Notes under the pieces: model-generated | The model's input: only the letters and a program-made list of their open reading frames with translations | Told to the model about the DNA's origin: nothing | Database searches by the model: none | Program-made: the position numbers and the translations under genes | Origin: Microcystis aeruginosa NIES-843 | Lineage (GTDB): Bacteria > Cyanobacteriota > Cyanobacteriia > Cyanobacteriales > Microcystaceae | Length of the DNA: 32,000 bases | Assembly (NCBI RefSeq): GCF_000010625.1 | Contig: NC_010296.1 | Span: 1,050,001-1,082,000 of the forward strand | Direction: 5' to 3' | Shown here: positions 8,977 through 18,105 of the stretch, piece after piece | Numbering within the stretch: the stretch's first letter is position 1 | How the letters are laid out: each line of letters starts with the position of its first letter

Positions 8977-9483
8977 TTAAATAGGCTTGACTAGATCGCC
9001 AACTTGAGGATTTTCAAACGGTAGTCTTTCTCCTAATTTATCAATCATTGATTTTAACTCTCTTTCTCTATTTGATTGTAACTCTTTCTTTGCTAAGTAT
9101 TCAATTCCAGAAGGAGTCAAGGGAGGGATATAAGATAATTCAGACAATTCTCTAGGTTTCTGCAAATATTCTACGACCAAATAAGAAAGTTTATTTAAAT
9201 CTATGTCTGGCTTTTTGTCTGATTCTATAATAGATATTTTATCTTGAACAAAAATAATTCTTCCCGTACCTCTTACTAATTCGAGAAACCCTAAAGATTC
9301 GCCAGTATGCGGATCTAATATTTCTTCGTCATCGATACGATAAACCATCATTCTTTGACCTTCTCGAATTCCGTTTTGTTCACCTCTATTCATTACTAAT
9401 TTATAGTCGTCAATAACCTTAACGACAGTGGCAGGAAAAGTTCCTTTGGGGGATAAAAGGGGAGTTTCTGTGACGTTTTCCAT
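8977..9483 (-). CDS. Unknown protein, paralog B of the duplicated pair
   Basis: 168 aa. Shares N-terminal (MENVTET.LLSPKGTFPA.VVKVIDDYKLV.NRGE..GIREGQRM.VY) and C-terminal (LPFENPQ.GD.V.PI) modules with paralog A. GAGGTAG lies upstream, and the gene starts 8 nt after the upstream gene's stop. Confidence 0.75.
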   Translation of the reverse strand: MENVTETPLLSPKGTFPATVVKVIDDYKLVMNRGEQNGIREGQRMMVYRIDDEEILDPHTGESLGFLELVRGTGRIIFVQDKISIIESDKKPDIDLNKLSYLVVEYLQKPRELSELSYIPPLTPSGIEYLAKKELQSNRERELKSMIDKLGERLPFENPQVGDLVKPI

Positions 9484-9491
9484 TTCTACCT

Positions 9492-10043
9492 CTATGGTTG
9501 ATTGTATTTCTTAATAACGCTCGGACTAACTCTAGTTTGTTGCATAACTTTTAAATCATTGTTGGCCAGTTTATCTAAAATATATTGATAGGTTATTTTT
9601 GGTTCATCGATCACCACTTGAATTCGTTTCTTATTATTGATAGACTGGACGAATCCTACTCCTATCAACCTCTCGAAATCATCTTCATCTGTATAATACA
9701 AAGATATCATAGATTGAGCGGCGAATAAATCTGATGCTTCCAGTAAGCATTCAATATTATTGTTTGCGTCCTTTTGAACTCGCAATATCTTAGGAATCAT
9801 ACTCTGTTTCATTTTAGCGTATTCTTCTAAAGCTTTTTCCAAAGCTCTAACCAAGGTAGCGATTATCAGTAAAGATAAAGTCACGATGATGATTAGAAGA
9901 TACAAAGGAACTGATGCCTTACTAGCCACTACAGCCAGTAAAATCGAAATGGCATAGGATAGAATCGTCAAAATCGAGTTGTTGACTTCTCTAAAACTAG
10001 ACCAAATTAACCCCCAAAAGTTATTTTTCATCTTTTTTGACAA
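9492..10043 (-). CDS. Two-TM membrane protein with unknown cytoplasmic C-terminal domain
   Basis: 183 aa. Two hydrophobic helices (ILTILSYAISILLAVVA, VPLYLLIIIVTLSLLIIATLV) precede a ~100-aa soluble domain. Tightly coupled to paralog B. Confidence 0.65.
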   Translation of the reverse strand: MSKKMKNNFWGLIWSSFREVNNSILTILSYAISILLAVVASKASVPLYLLIIIVTLSLLIIATLVRALEKALEEYAKMKQSMIPKILRVQKDANNNIECLLEASDLFAAQSMISLYYTDEDDFERLIGVGFVQSINNKKRIQVVIDEPKITYQYILDKLANNDLKVMQQTRVSPSVIKKYNQP

Positions 10044-10076
10044 CTCAAGAGACCGGTAATTAGCCAGTCTCTCAAG
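10044..10076 (-). other. Imperfect 13-bp stem-loop between the chlH stop and the next gene's start
   Basis: On the minus strand CTTGAGAGACTGG-CTAATTA-CCGGTCTCTTGAG forms 13 pairs including 3 G-U. No U-tract follows; AAAAAAG-ATG of the 183-aa gene does. Confidence 0.4.
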
Positions 10077-10091
10077 TCTTATCTATCTATT

Positions 10092-13000
10092 CTACTCGAT
10101 TCCTTCGATGCGGTCCTCCACTTCTTGATAAAGTTCCTGTAAGCGGTCTAAATTCTCTTGAGAAGTTTCCCAGTAACCGCGACCATTAACTTCTAGCAGG
10201 GTTCCCACCATCTTGCGGAAAGAATTAGGATTGAGATTCATCAGACGCTGACACATTTCCTCATCTTGAATAAAGGTGGTGTTGACATCTTCATACACCC
10301 AATTATCCACCGCATCAGCAGTTGCCGACCATCCCATGGTATTAACCAAACGCTTCGATAATTCTCGGACTCCTTCGTAACCGTGACTTAACATTCCCTC
10401 GTACCATTTGGGATTGAGTAACTTGGTGCGGGTATCCAAGCGCACGGTTTCCGATAAAGTACGCACCTGAGCGTTAGCGGTGGTAGTATCGGCAATATAG
10501 GCCGCCGGTTTTTTGCCATCATCGCGCAAACTAGCGACAACTTTGGTGGGATCCGAGTCGAAATAGTGGGAAACATCGGTTAAACTAATCTCGCTGGAAT
10601 CCAAGTTTTGGAAAGTTGCCTCCGCAGTTTTTAAAGATGCTTCAAACAACTGACGATTATCGGCCATCATCCCAGGATTATCCGAGTCGAAAGCAAAACC
10701 CTTGCGGTTGAGATACATATTCTGTAACTCTTTTTCATCTTCCCAACTGCTATTTTCCACCGCGAGATTGATATTAGAAGAATAGGAACCGGAAGCATTA
10801 GAAAAGATGCGGGTGGCTGCCTGTCGAACCGTTAAACCCATTTCTTTTGCTTGTTCCATAGCGTGTTTACGGACATAATTCATCTCCATCGGTTCGTTTG
10901 CTTCCGCAGCCATTTTTACGCCTTGGTCAAGCAAGTTCATCTGATTGATAAATAAATCCCGGAAGACACCAGAACAGTTGACCACCACATCAATGCGCGG
11001 TCTTCCTAACTCCTCTAGGGGAATCAATTCCAATTTATTCACCCGTCCCAAAGCATCGGGAAGAGGACGAACCCCCACCATCCAGAGAATTTGTGCTAGG
11101 GATTCCCCATAAGTTTTGATATTATCCGTTCCCCAGAGAACACAAGCGATGGTTTCGGGATATTTACCGCCATTATCCAGTTTTTGCCGTTCTAACAGGC
11201 GATCCACCACGATTTTAGCCGATTTTACCGCCGCTAGGGTCGGGATAGACTGGGGATCTAAAGCGTGGATATTTTTACCCGTCGGTAAAACTCCGGGGTT
11301 ACGGATGGGGTCGCCACCAGGACCGGGAAGAACGTATTCCCCTTCCAATGCTTTTAATAGGGCCCCTAATTCATTATCAGCACAGACCTGTTCTAAACAG
11401 AATTCTAGGTATTCAAACAGGGGTTTTAATGCGACCGGATCAACTTTTGGATAACCCATCTCCTGTAAAGTTTCGATCCAAGGCGATTTCTTGCCTATAT
11501 TCAAGAAATTCAGCTTAGAAAGCATCGATACCCGACCTTCCGCGTCGGTTTGGGACTTGACTAAAGCGGCAACGGCAGCGCGAGTCCCTAGGGTGATGTT
11601 TTGCAGTAATTCCACATCCTCTAACACCCCTCGATCGCTATTGCGATAAACTTCCTCTAGATCCCGGCCGATGCTGTTGGCAATAATCCGGGGTAAGGAG
11701 AGTAAATCGTCTTCTTCCCGGTCTAAACTGGCAATATTGACCAAAGTTGCCACCGCTTCGAGCGCTGAGGGGGGTTTCCCGATAACGTGAAGTCCGCAGG
11801 GAAGTAAACGCGATTCAATTTCCATCAGTTTACGATAGACCGAACCGACAATATTATCCCGTTCCTCTTGACTGAGATGGGCGGTATCAACATCAGGTAA
11901 ACTTATATCTTTGTCAAGATTGACTAAGAAACATTTATCGACAATGGTATTGACAATTTGCACCCCACGCCCACTATCTTTCAGGGTTTGGTAGGAACCG
12001 ATCAACTCGCTTAGTTCTTTTAACCCTTTGTAGAGTCCGGCATTTTCTGCGGGGGGAGTGAGATAGGAGATGGTTTCCGCATAACTGCGACGTTTAGCGA
12101 TCGTCGCTTCGCTGGGGTTATTAGCGGCATAATAGTAGAGGTTGGGAATCATCCCGATGAGGTTATCGGGGTAGCATTCTCCAGACATTCCCATCTGTTT
12201 CCCCGGCATAAATTCTAGGGAACCGTGGGTGCCAAAATGAAGAACCGCGTCTGCTTTCCAGACTTGATTGAGATAGGTATAGTAGGCTGCAAAACCGTGG
12301 TGGGGACTAGCAGAACGAGAAAAGAGCAGACGCATGGGATCCCCCTCATAACCGAAGGTAGGTTGAACCCCAATAAAGACATTACCGAATTCTTTGCCGT
12401 AGATTAATAGATTTTGTCCATCACTGTTGAGGTGTCCCGGTGGTGGTCCCCAATTTTCCTCTAAACGGACGGAATAGGGGGTTAAACGCTCGTATTCAGG
12501 TACAGACATCCGATAGGCGATATTTAGCTCCGGACTATGGTATTGTGCTTGAGCATCATGGATCACCGCTTCCATCAGTTCTTTCGGAGATGCGGGTAAG
12601 TCCTGCAAGTCATAACCATTATTTTGTAACGCTTGCATCACCTCGTAGATAGAACCGAACACATCTAGATAGGCTGCAGTTCCCACATTCCCTTTATCGG
12701 GGGGGAAACTAAAGACCGTGATGGCGACCTTTTTATTCAGTTTCGGTTTCTTTCTTAGGTTAGCCCATTTTAGCGCCCGTTGAGCGATCGCTTCTACCCG
12801 ATCCTGTAAAGCGATCGCTTTACCCGTGGCCCCATCCCGGCCCGATAAGATAATAGGTTCGATCGCACCGTCTAATTCCGGAATAGCAATCTGTAGCGCC
12901 ACTTGAATCGGGTGTAAACCTAAATCGCTTTCTTCCCATTCCTGGGTGGTTTGGAAAACTAGCGGTAACGCGCACATATAGGGACGATTGAGACGTTTTA

Positions 13001-14078
13001 AGGATTCTATCGCTTTCGGGTGATCTTGTCGCGCTGGACCTCCCACTAAAGCAAATCCCGTCAGGGAAATTACTGTGTCAACGATAGCAACCGCTTCCAC
13101 TCCTTTTAAGCTTTTATCCCAGAAGTATTCTTCTACCGGTTTAGAAAAATCTAATCCCCCAGCAAAAACGGGAAGGACTCGCGCACCCATAGACTCGAAT
13201 TCCTGCACGAGAGCGACATAATGAGCGTCATCACCAGTAACGAGGTGAGTTCTCTGTAAAATTAAGCCAACACAGGGAGCCAAGGGGTCTTTGAGGTCAT
13301 CGGCAATATCACTGCGGTTATTGTACCAAGTGAAGTATTCCTTGACATCCTCGAACATTTTCATGGATAAAGGATGCCAGATACCCAGATCCGGATAAAC
13401 TACCGGTTCTTTGTAAACTACGCTGTCATCTTTGTTGTCGAAGACGTACTTATCGGCCAACATTAACAGGAAGTTCTCTAAATTTTCTGCGGAACCTCCT
13501 AGCCAATACTGGAAACTTAACATAAAGTTGCGTGCGTCCTGAGCTTTTTCCATGGGGAGGTATTTCAGGACTTGCGGTAAGGTTCGCAATAACTTTAACA
13601 TCGCATCTTGGAAACCAGCGCCAGAGTTTTCCCTGCGCTTTTTCATAAAATTAGCGATGACACTCTTAGACTGTCCCAATTGTGCCATAGAAAAGCTGCC
13701 TAACTTATTTAAGCGCATTACCTGGGGCATAGAGGGAAAGACAATCGCCGCGTCTAATTGATCCCGATGGGGACTGACAGCGGCCACGACTTTATCGGCT
13801 AAATCTTCGATAAAGATGAGAGATGCAATGAAAATATTAGCTTTGGCTACATCCTCCTGAAAATTGCGATAATTTTCCCCATCGCGCAGTTCTTCGATTA
13901 AATAACCACTAATTTCGATCGCTAGTTTTGGGTTGTTAGAGTTGATTTCCCTGACGGCACTACTCAGCGCACTTTGGTACTGAGGTTCTAGCACGACATA
14001 GACCACCTTGACCAGCGATCGACCATTCAACGCGTCGGGAACTATGTGACGAATGGTGGACTTGACGTGAGTGAACAT
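10092..14078 (-). CDS. chlH: Magnesium chelatase subunit H (protoporphyrin IX Mg-chelatase large subunit)
   Basis: 1328-aa ORF with the size and sequence typical of ChlH/BchH (CobN family), e.g. [15 protein letters not shown] and [17 protein letters not shown]. Confidence 0.97.
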   Translation of the reverse strand: MFTHVKSTIRHIVPDALNGRSLVKVVYVVLEPQYQSALSSAVREINSNNPKLAIEISGYLIEELRDGENYRNFQEDVAKANIFIASLIFIEDLADKVVAAVSPHRDQLDAAIVFPSMPQVMRLNKLGSFSMAQLGQSKSVIANFMKKRRENSGAGFQDAMLKLLRTLPQVLKYLPMEKAQDARNFMLSFQYWLGGSAENLENFLLMLADKYVFDNKDDSVVYKEPVVYPDLGIWHPLSMKMFEDVKEYFTWYNNRSDIADDLKDPLAPCVGLILQRTHLVTGDDAHYVALVQEFESMGARVLPVFAGGLDFSKPVEEYFWDKSLKGVEAVAIVDTVISLTGFALVGGPARQDHPKAIESLKRLNRPYMCALPLVFQTTQEWEESDLGLHPIQVALQIAIPELDGAIEPIILSGRDGATGKAIALQDRVEAIAQRALKWANLRKKPKLNKKVAITVFSFPPDKGNVGTAAYLDVFGSIYEVMQALQNNGYDLQDLPASPKELMEAVIHDAQAQYHSPELNIAYRMSVPEYERLTPYSVRLEENWGPPPGHLNSDGQNLLIYGKEFGNVFIGVQPTFGYEGDPMRLLFSRSASPHHGFAAYYTYLNQVWKADAVLHFGTHGSLEFMPGKQMGMSGECYPDNLIGMIPNLYYYAANNPSEATIAKRRSYAETISYLTPPAENAGLYKGLKELSELIGSYQTLKDSGRGVQIVNTIVDKCFLVNLDKDISLPDVDTAHLSQEERDNIVGSVYRKLMEIESRLLPCGLHVIGKPPSALEAVATLVNIASLDREEDDLLSLPRIIANSIGRDLEEVYRNSDRGVLEDVELLQNITLGTRAAVAALVKSQTDAEGRVSMLSKLNFLNIGKKSPWIETLQEMGYPKVDPVALKPLFEYLEFCLEQVCADNELGALLKALEGEYVLPGPGGDPIRNPGVLPTGKNIHALDPQSIPTLAAVKSAKIVVDRLLERQKLDNGGKYPETIACVLWGTDNIKTYGESLAQILWMVGVRPLPDALGRVNKLELIPLEELGRPRIDVVVNCSGVFRDLFINQMNLLDQGVKMAAEANEPMEMNYVRKHAMEQAKEMGLTVRQAATRIFSNASGSYSSNINLAVENSSWEDEKELQNMYLNRKGFAFDSDNPGMMADNRQLFEASLKTAEATFQNLDSSEISLTDVSHYFDSDPTKVVASLRDDGKKPAAYIADTTTANAQVRTLSETVRLDTRTKLLNPKWYEGMLSHGYEGVRELSKRLVNTMGWSATADAVDNWVYEDVNTTFIQDEEMCQRLMNLNPNSFRKMVGTLLEVNGRGYWETSQENLDRLQELYQEVEDRIEGIE

Positions 14079-14529
14079 ATATGATGGTTCTCCTTAGGAT
14101 TGCTGAGTCTGGTATGAAGTGATTTTCGTCATCTGATGACGATCGCCCTTTGTTTAAGGTGTTTAGATATATGTTTCTGTTTTGTATCAGAAAATGTCAC
14201 CCCAATGAGCATTTACTCTGGGTTTTGACACAATTCGATAAATATCTTGCCATATTTTGTAACAGATGGTAAAGAGCTTTCGGAGTAAATGCTCAGACTT
14301 TTCTTTACAAAAATTAATATTTAATCTATTGACTTTTAATTCCAAAAGTGTTATTCATTAGCACCTCAGACGAGATGTCCCTATTCAAAGATGATCAGGG
14401 TTAGGATTCGAGGTCGTCTCGTACAGGGCCGCAAGTGCTATAACTCAATCAAGATCAGCTTTTTGTCCTTGTCCTAGACCTCTGGTAAAAATCAAAAATT
14501 GTTGTTAGGGTTAGGATTCAGTAGCAGGT

Positions 14530-14640
14530 AAGCTGTACTGGATTTAAACTGAGTAGGGGAAATTTTAGTACAAATGCTTGGACTGGCAACTCCGGCGCTC
14601 CAGTGCAGTCTTAAGGAGTAATTTAGACAGTCAACAGCTT
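14530..14640 (-). repeat. Dispersed ~110-125 nt element (family 3), copy upstream of chlH
   Basis: The reverse complement starts AAGCTGTTGACTGTCTAAATTACTCCTTAAGACTGCACTGGAG. That matches 31498.. at 40/43 positions, then CTAAAATTTCCCCTA..CAGTTTAAAT..TACAGCTT. The ends AAGCTGT/ACAGCTT are inverted. Confidence 0.75.
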
Positions 14641-14740
14641 AATTATAGTGAGGAAATCAGGCAATAGTTTCAGAAAATTTGGCAAGTTTAGGTTGAAAAA
14701 TCAACAACAAGGAAGTAAAGTTCTTAGAGTTTCGTTATGG

Positions 14741-14749
14741 TGGTAGAAT
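14741..14749 (+). promoter_or_regulatory. Candidate extended -10 (TGGTAGAAT) for the HEPN/ATPase cassette
   Basis: A TGN-TAGAAT box lies about 42 nt upstream of the ATG at 14791. The -35 region (TTCTTA) is weak. This is a pattern match only. Confidence 0.25.
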
Positions 14750-14790
14750 TTGTTTATGGCTAAAAAGTTTTTATTTGATTCGATACATCT

Positions 14791-15222
14791 ATGACCGAGT
14801 TATTTGCTAGTGCAGCGGGACGACATTTGCAAGATGCCAAAATTTTGCTGTCTAAAAACCGTTGGGACAATGCCATTTACCTAGCTGGTTATGTAGTAGA
14901 ATGCGCTTTTAAGCTTTTAGTAGAACAGTATTTTAAAAATGATCAAAGAGCCGCTAAAAAATTCGGACATGATCTCAAGGAATTAGAAGGTAAAGCGAGG
15001 GAAAGATTAGGAATTCTCTATCCTCGTTTAGAGCAACAGTTACCAGTTTCTCGCATCCGGGGAACTGTTCTAGGGCAAAATCACCCAGAAAGAAGATATT
15101 ATCAATCTGGATATTGGACTGAAGATCAGGCTAACTCGGCCGTTGAATGTGCTGAAGAAATTTATCGAGATATTATTCCCAGATTAGTGCTAAACGGTTA
15201 TATTTCTAGTAAGGATATTTAA
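14791..15222 (+). CDS. HEPN-domain-like small protein (putative RNase/effector or regulatory module)
   Basis: 143 aa, all-helical in appearance. AAGRHLQDAKILL...NAIYLAGYVVECAFK and FGHDLKEL follow the HEPN pattern, and R53-x6-H60 (QRAAKKFGH) fits the Rx4-6H spacing. Confidence 0.6.
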   Translation: MTELFASAAGRHLQDAKILLSKNRWDNAIYLAGYVVECAFKLLVEQYFKNDQRAAKKFGHDLKELEGKARERLGILYPRLEQQLPVSRIRGTVLGQNHPERRYYQSGYWTEDQANSAVECAEEIYRDIIPRLVLNGYISSKDI

Positions 15223-15229
15223 GATTCTG

Positions 15230-16570
15230 ATGATTAGTTTTAGTGAAACTTTTGCTAGGGTAAGGGACTGCTTTCTGGATTCCAGTCTTGGTTCTCTTGT
15301 AGCCAAACTAAAATCTGTGACTATTATTCGTGATGTTGAGGGAAAAATTCGCTTATTTCTAGAGTTAAAACAGGAAAACAAGATAGAATCAAACGAAGAA
15401 AACCATCTATCTACACTCCTGTCTGAAAAACTTGAGTATTACTATGGCCATGATATTTGGTGGCAAAAAGGAGAAGGAGATGCTTATAAAGCCCTGATTG
15501 ATCTTATCATAGCTGAAAGAGTTCAGACACCTTGGTTCGATGAATCGGCAAGCTTGAAATGGTATATTCTAGAACGTCATCTGGCTAAACAAGCATGGAC
15601 AGAGAATAAAATTGGGCAGCAATTGCCCTGGGATTTTGAAAAAGTTGAAAAAGGATATAAACCAGCTATTGTCTCCTTTTTTTCCTTCAAAGGAGGAGTT
15701 GGTCGCACCACTACTATTGCCGCTACTGCCTTAACTTTAGCGCGGAATGGTCATCGAGTCGCTATAGTTGATCTTGATTTAGAAGCTCCCGGTCTGGCCA
15801 CAATTTTTTCTGAGGATTTTGCCGATAATTCTGGTGTCATGGACTATTTGCTAGAAAAGAAAGTTCAAAAAGACAAATGGAAACTGAGTTTAAAAACTAT
15901 TACTGACTTGTATTTGTTAGGAGATGAAGGTGAAATATTAAAATTGCTACCAGCAGGAAATGTGGATCAAGATTATTTAGAAAAATTGGCTCGTTTAGAC
16001 TTTCAAAATATTGTCAATGGTCAACTACAAGGCATTTTAAAACAAATGCTAGAAGAAATAGAAAGGTTAAACGGACCACTGGATTTTATTCTCATGGATG
16101 CAAGAGCAGGTTTTCATGATATTGGTGGTTTAGCTATTACTTATTTTTCCCATGCAGTGGTTATTTTTGGTACGGAATCTCGACAAAGTTGGGCAGGATT
16201 AACCCAAGTTATCCAACATTTAGCCCTATCTAACCCTGAGGATCCTTTACCATTAATTTTAGTTCATGCTCTCGCTCCATCTTTAGGAACAGTTGGCCGA
16301 GAAATAGAGTTACGAAAGTTTCGAGAAACCGCCTATACAATTTTCCAAGAAAAGTATGATAATTATACTGGTGAATCATTTGTCCCGATAGTTGTCCCTT
16401 ACGATAATAGTCTGCGGGGGGATATTGCCCTCTTGACTCGTGACTCAACTCCAGAAGAAAAAGAGAGATTAGCAAATCTCGTGAAAGTTATGACCGATTC
16501 TCCTTATCAAACTATTGCTGAAAAGCTTTGTCAATTATTTGGACGTGATGTGATTATAAACAATCGGTAA
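15230..16570 (+). CDS. ParA/MinD-like P-loop ATPase with variant Walker A KGGVGRT and an unknown ~150-aa N-terminal domain
   Basis: 446 aa. Deviant Walker A FSFKGGVGRTTT (K154..T161, nt 15689..15712), A' box VAIVDLDLEAPG, and Walker B-like FILMDARAG. Starts 7 nt after the HEPN stop. Confidence 0.8.
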   Translation: MISFSETFARVRDCFLDSSLGSLVAKLKSVTIIRDVEGKIRLFLELKQENKIESNEENHLSTLLSEKLEYYYGHDIWWQKGEGDAYKALIDLIIAERVQTPWFDESASLKWYILERHLAKQAWTENKIGQQLPWDFEKVEKGYKPAIVSFFSFKGGVGRTTTIAATALTLARNGHRVAIVDLDLEAPGLATIFSEDFADNSGVMDYLLEKKVQKDKWKLSLKTITDLYLLGDEGEILKLLPAGNVDQDYLEKLARLDFQNIVNGQLQGILKQMLEEIERLNGPLDFILMDARAGFHDIGGLAITYFSHAVVIFGTESRQSWAGLTQVIQHLALSNPEDPLPLILVHALAPSLGTVGREIELRKFRETAYTIFQEKYDNYTGESFVPIVVPYDNSLRGDIALLTRDSTPEEKERLANLVKVMTDSPYQTIAEKLCQLFGRDVIINNR

Positions 16571-16576
16571 AAAATT

Positions 16577-18073
16577 ATGGCTGAATTCGATAAAAAAAAG
16601 TTACTGGAATTAATGAGAGAAATTGCTCCTGGAAAAGCAGCAGCCGAACAGGAAAGTGATAATGAAGAAGTATTTCTCAAAAATTTCTTGCCTGTGGTTG
16701 ATTATAAACGGGCATTGGAACCAAGCATTTTATTAATTCAAGGTGGTCGGGGTGTGGGTAAAACAGAATTATTTCGTTTACTAGCCATTCCTTCTGGACG
16801 AGAAGCTTTAGTTAATAGTTTAAATATTCGAGGTCTTGCTCCTTTAAATCAGACCAGATGGATGGCAGGATTTGGTCGCACTCTCAAAACTGAAAAACGA
16901 TTTCCGATACCAGAAATTATAGAAGAAGAAATGCAAAACGCTACTAATCTTGAATGGCGTAGTTTCTGGTTAGGATTGATTTTAGGTGTCATTTTACAGG
17001 AAAAAGAATCTGATATTGCCAGCATTATAGGTCAAGAATTAGATTCAAATATTACTACTATTCTTCAAAATAGGTTATCGCTTTTATCAGAATGGAGAAT
17101 TTTAGTTAAAGATAATTTTGAACATCTAAATTATGTTCTTGACAAATTAGACGAACGATTAATTACTTCTGACCACTGGCTATTTATTACTTATGATGAA
17201 TTAGATCGGTTATTGACTACTTATAATGCTCTAGCTAATCCGATTAGAGAATTATTAGCTTTTTGGCTCGATCGCTCTCGTCGTTGGGAGAGAATTCGAC
17301 CAAAAATATTTCTTCGTACCGACCTATTTAGAGAGGAATTTTTGGGATTTCCTGATGCTTCTAAATTACAATCCCATCGGCTAGAATGGCGACCTTCTTG
17401 GCTCTATCAACTCTGGATTAAACGGTTAGCTAATTCGGCTCAAGAAATGAGAGACTATTTACAGATTATCCCTAATTTAATTTATGAAAGCTCAACCCAA
17501 CTAGGATGGAATGTTAGAAGTGATGAACAATTATTTCAAGAATTAATCGAAATAATGATCGGTAAATATATGGGAGCTAGTCCTAAAAAAGGCATTACCT
17601 ACCGATGGATACCTAATCATCTTCAGGATACTGGGGGTAGAATTGCTCCTCGCTCTTTTCTAAAATTATTCGACAAAGCGGCAGCCAAAAGATTAGAACA
17701 TTTTGAAAGTTTTGAACAACTGACTGAGCTATACCTTCTACAACCCTCTGATCTCCAGAGTGCTTTAATGGATACTTCAGAGGATAGAATTAAAGAATTA
17801 GCACAGGAAGAATATCCTTGGTTAGAATCTCTAAAAACTAAGTTAAAAGGGTTAGAAGCTCCTATATTAAAAGAAACTTTTTTAGAGGCTGTGCGCTCAA
17901 CTCACTGGAGTACTGAAAAACAACCTCCTGTTAAGGAACCTGAAGAAATTATGCAATATCTAATACAATTGGGTGTGGTGGAAAGTCTCCTCGATGGTCG
18001 AATTAATATACCTGAAATTTATCTATATGGGTTTCAAGTTAAACGTCGTGGTGGGGTTAAACGTCCTCAATAA
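16577..18073 (+). CDS. P-loop NTPase (AAA/STAND-like) with helical C-terminal half and basic tail
   Basis: 498 aa. Walker A GGRGVGKT (G56..T63), Walker B WLFITYDELD (D206 E207), and a C-terminus (QYLIQLGVVE...YLYGFQVKRRGGVKRPQ) suggesting a winged-helix-like end. Starts 6 nt after the upstream stop. Confidence 0.8.
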   Translation: MAEFDKKKLLELMREIAPGKAAAEQESDNEEVFLKNFLPVVDYKRALEPSILLIQGGRGVGKTELFRLLAIPSGREALVNSLNIRGLAPLNQTRWMAGFGRTLKTEKRFPIPEIIEEEMQNATNLEWRSFWLGLILGVILQEKESDIASIIGQELDSNITTILQNRLSLLSEWRILVKDNFEHLNYVLDKLDERLITSDHWLFITYDELDRLLTTYNALANPIRELLAFWLDRSRRWERIRPKIFLRTDLFREEFLGFPDASKLQSHRLEWRPSWLYQLWIKRLANSAQEMRDYLQIIPNLIYESSTQLGWNVRSDEQLFQELIEIMIGKYMGASPKKGITYRWIPNHLQDTGGRIAPRSFLKLFDKAAAKRLEHFESFEQLTELYLLQPSDLQSALMDTSEDRIKELAQEEYPWLESLKTKLKGLEAPILKETFLEAVRSTHWSTEKQPPVKEPEEIMQYLIQLGVVESLLDGRINIPEIYLYGFQVKRRGGVKRPQ

Positions 18074-18105
18074 CTTGAGGATATCGACAATAATTTTATG
18101 TAGAA

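Noticed and set aside
10388-13761. Five short ORFs within chlH: one same-strand out of frame (10388..10576) and four antisense (11116.., 12225.., 12440.., 13552..)
   Set aside because: All lie inside the strongly supported 1328-aa ChlH CDS, have odd composition (Arg/Pro/Ser-rich) and lack a start context. These are typical shadow ORFs.
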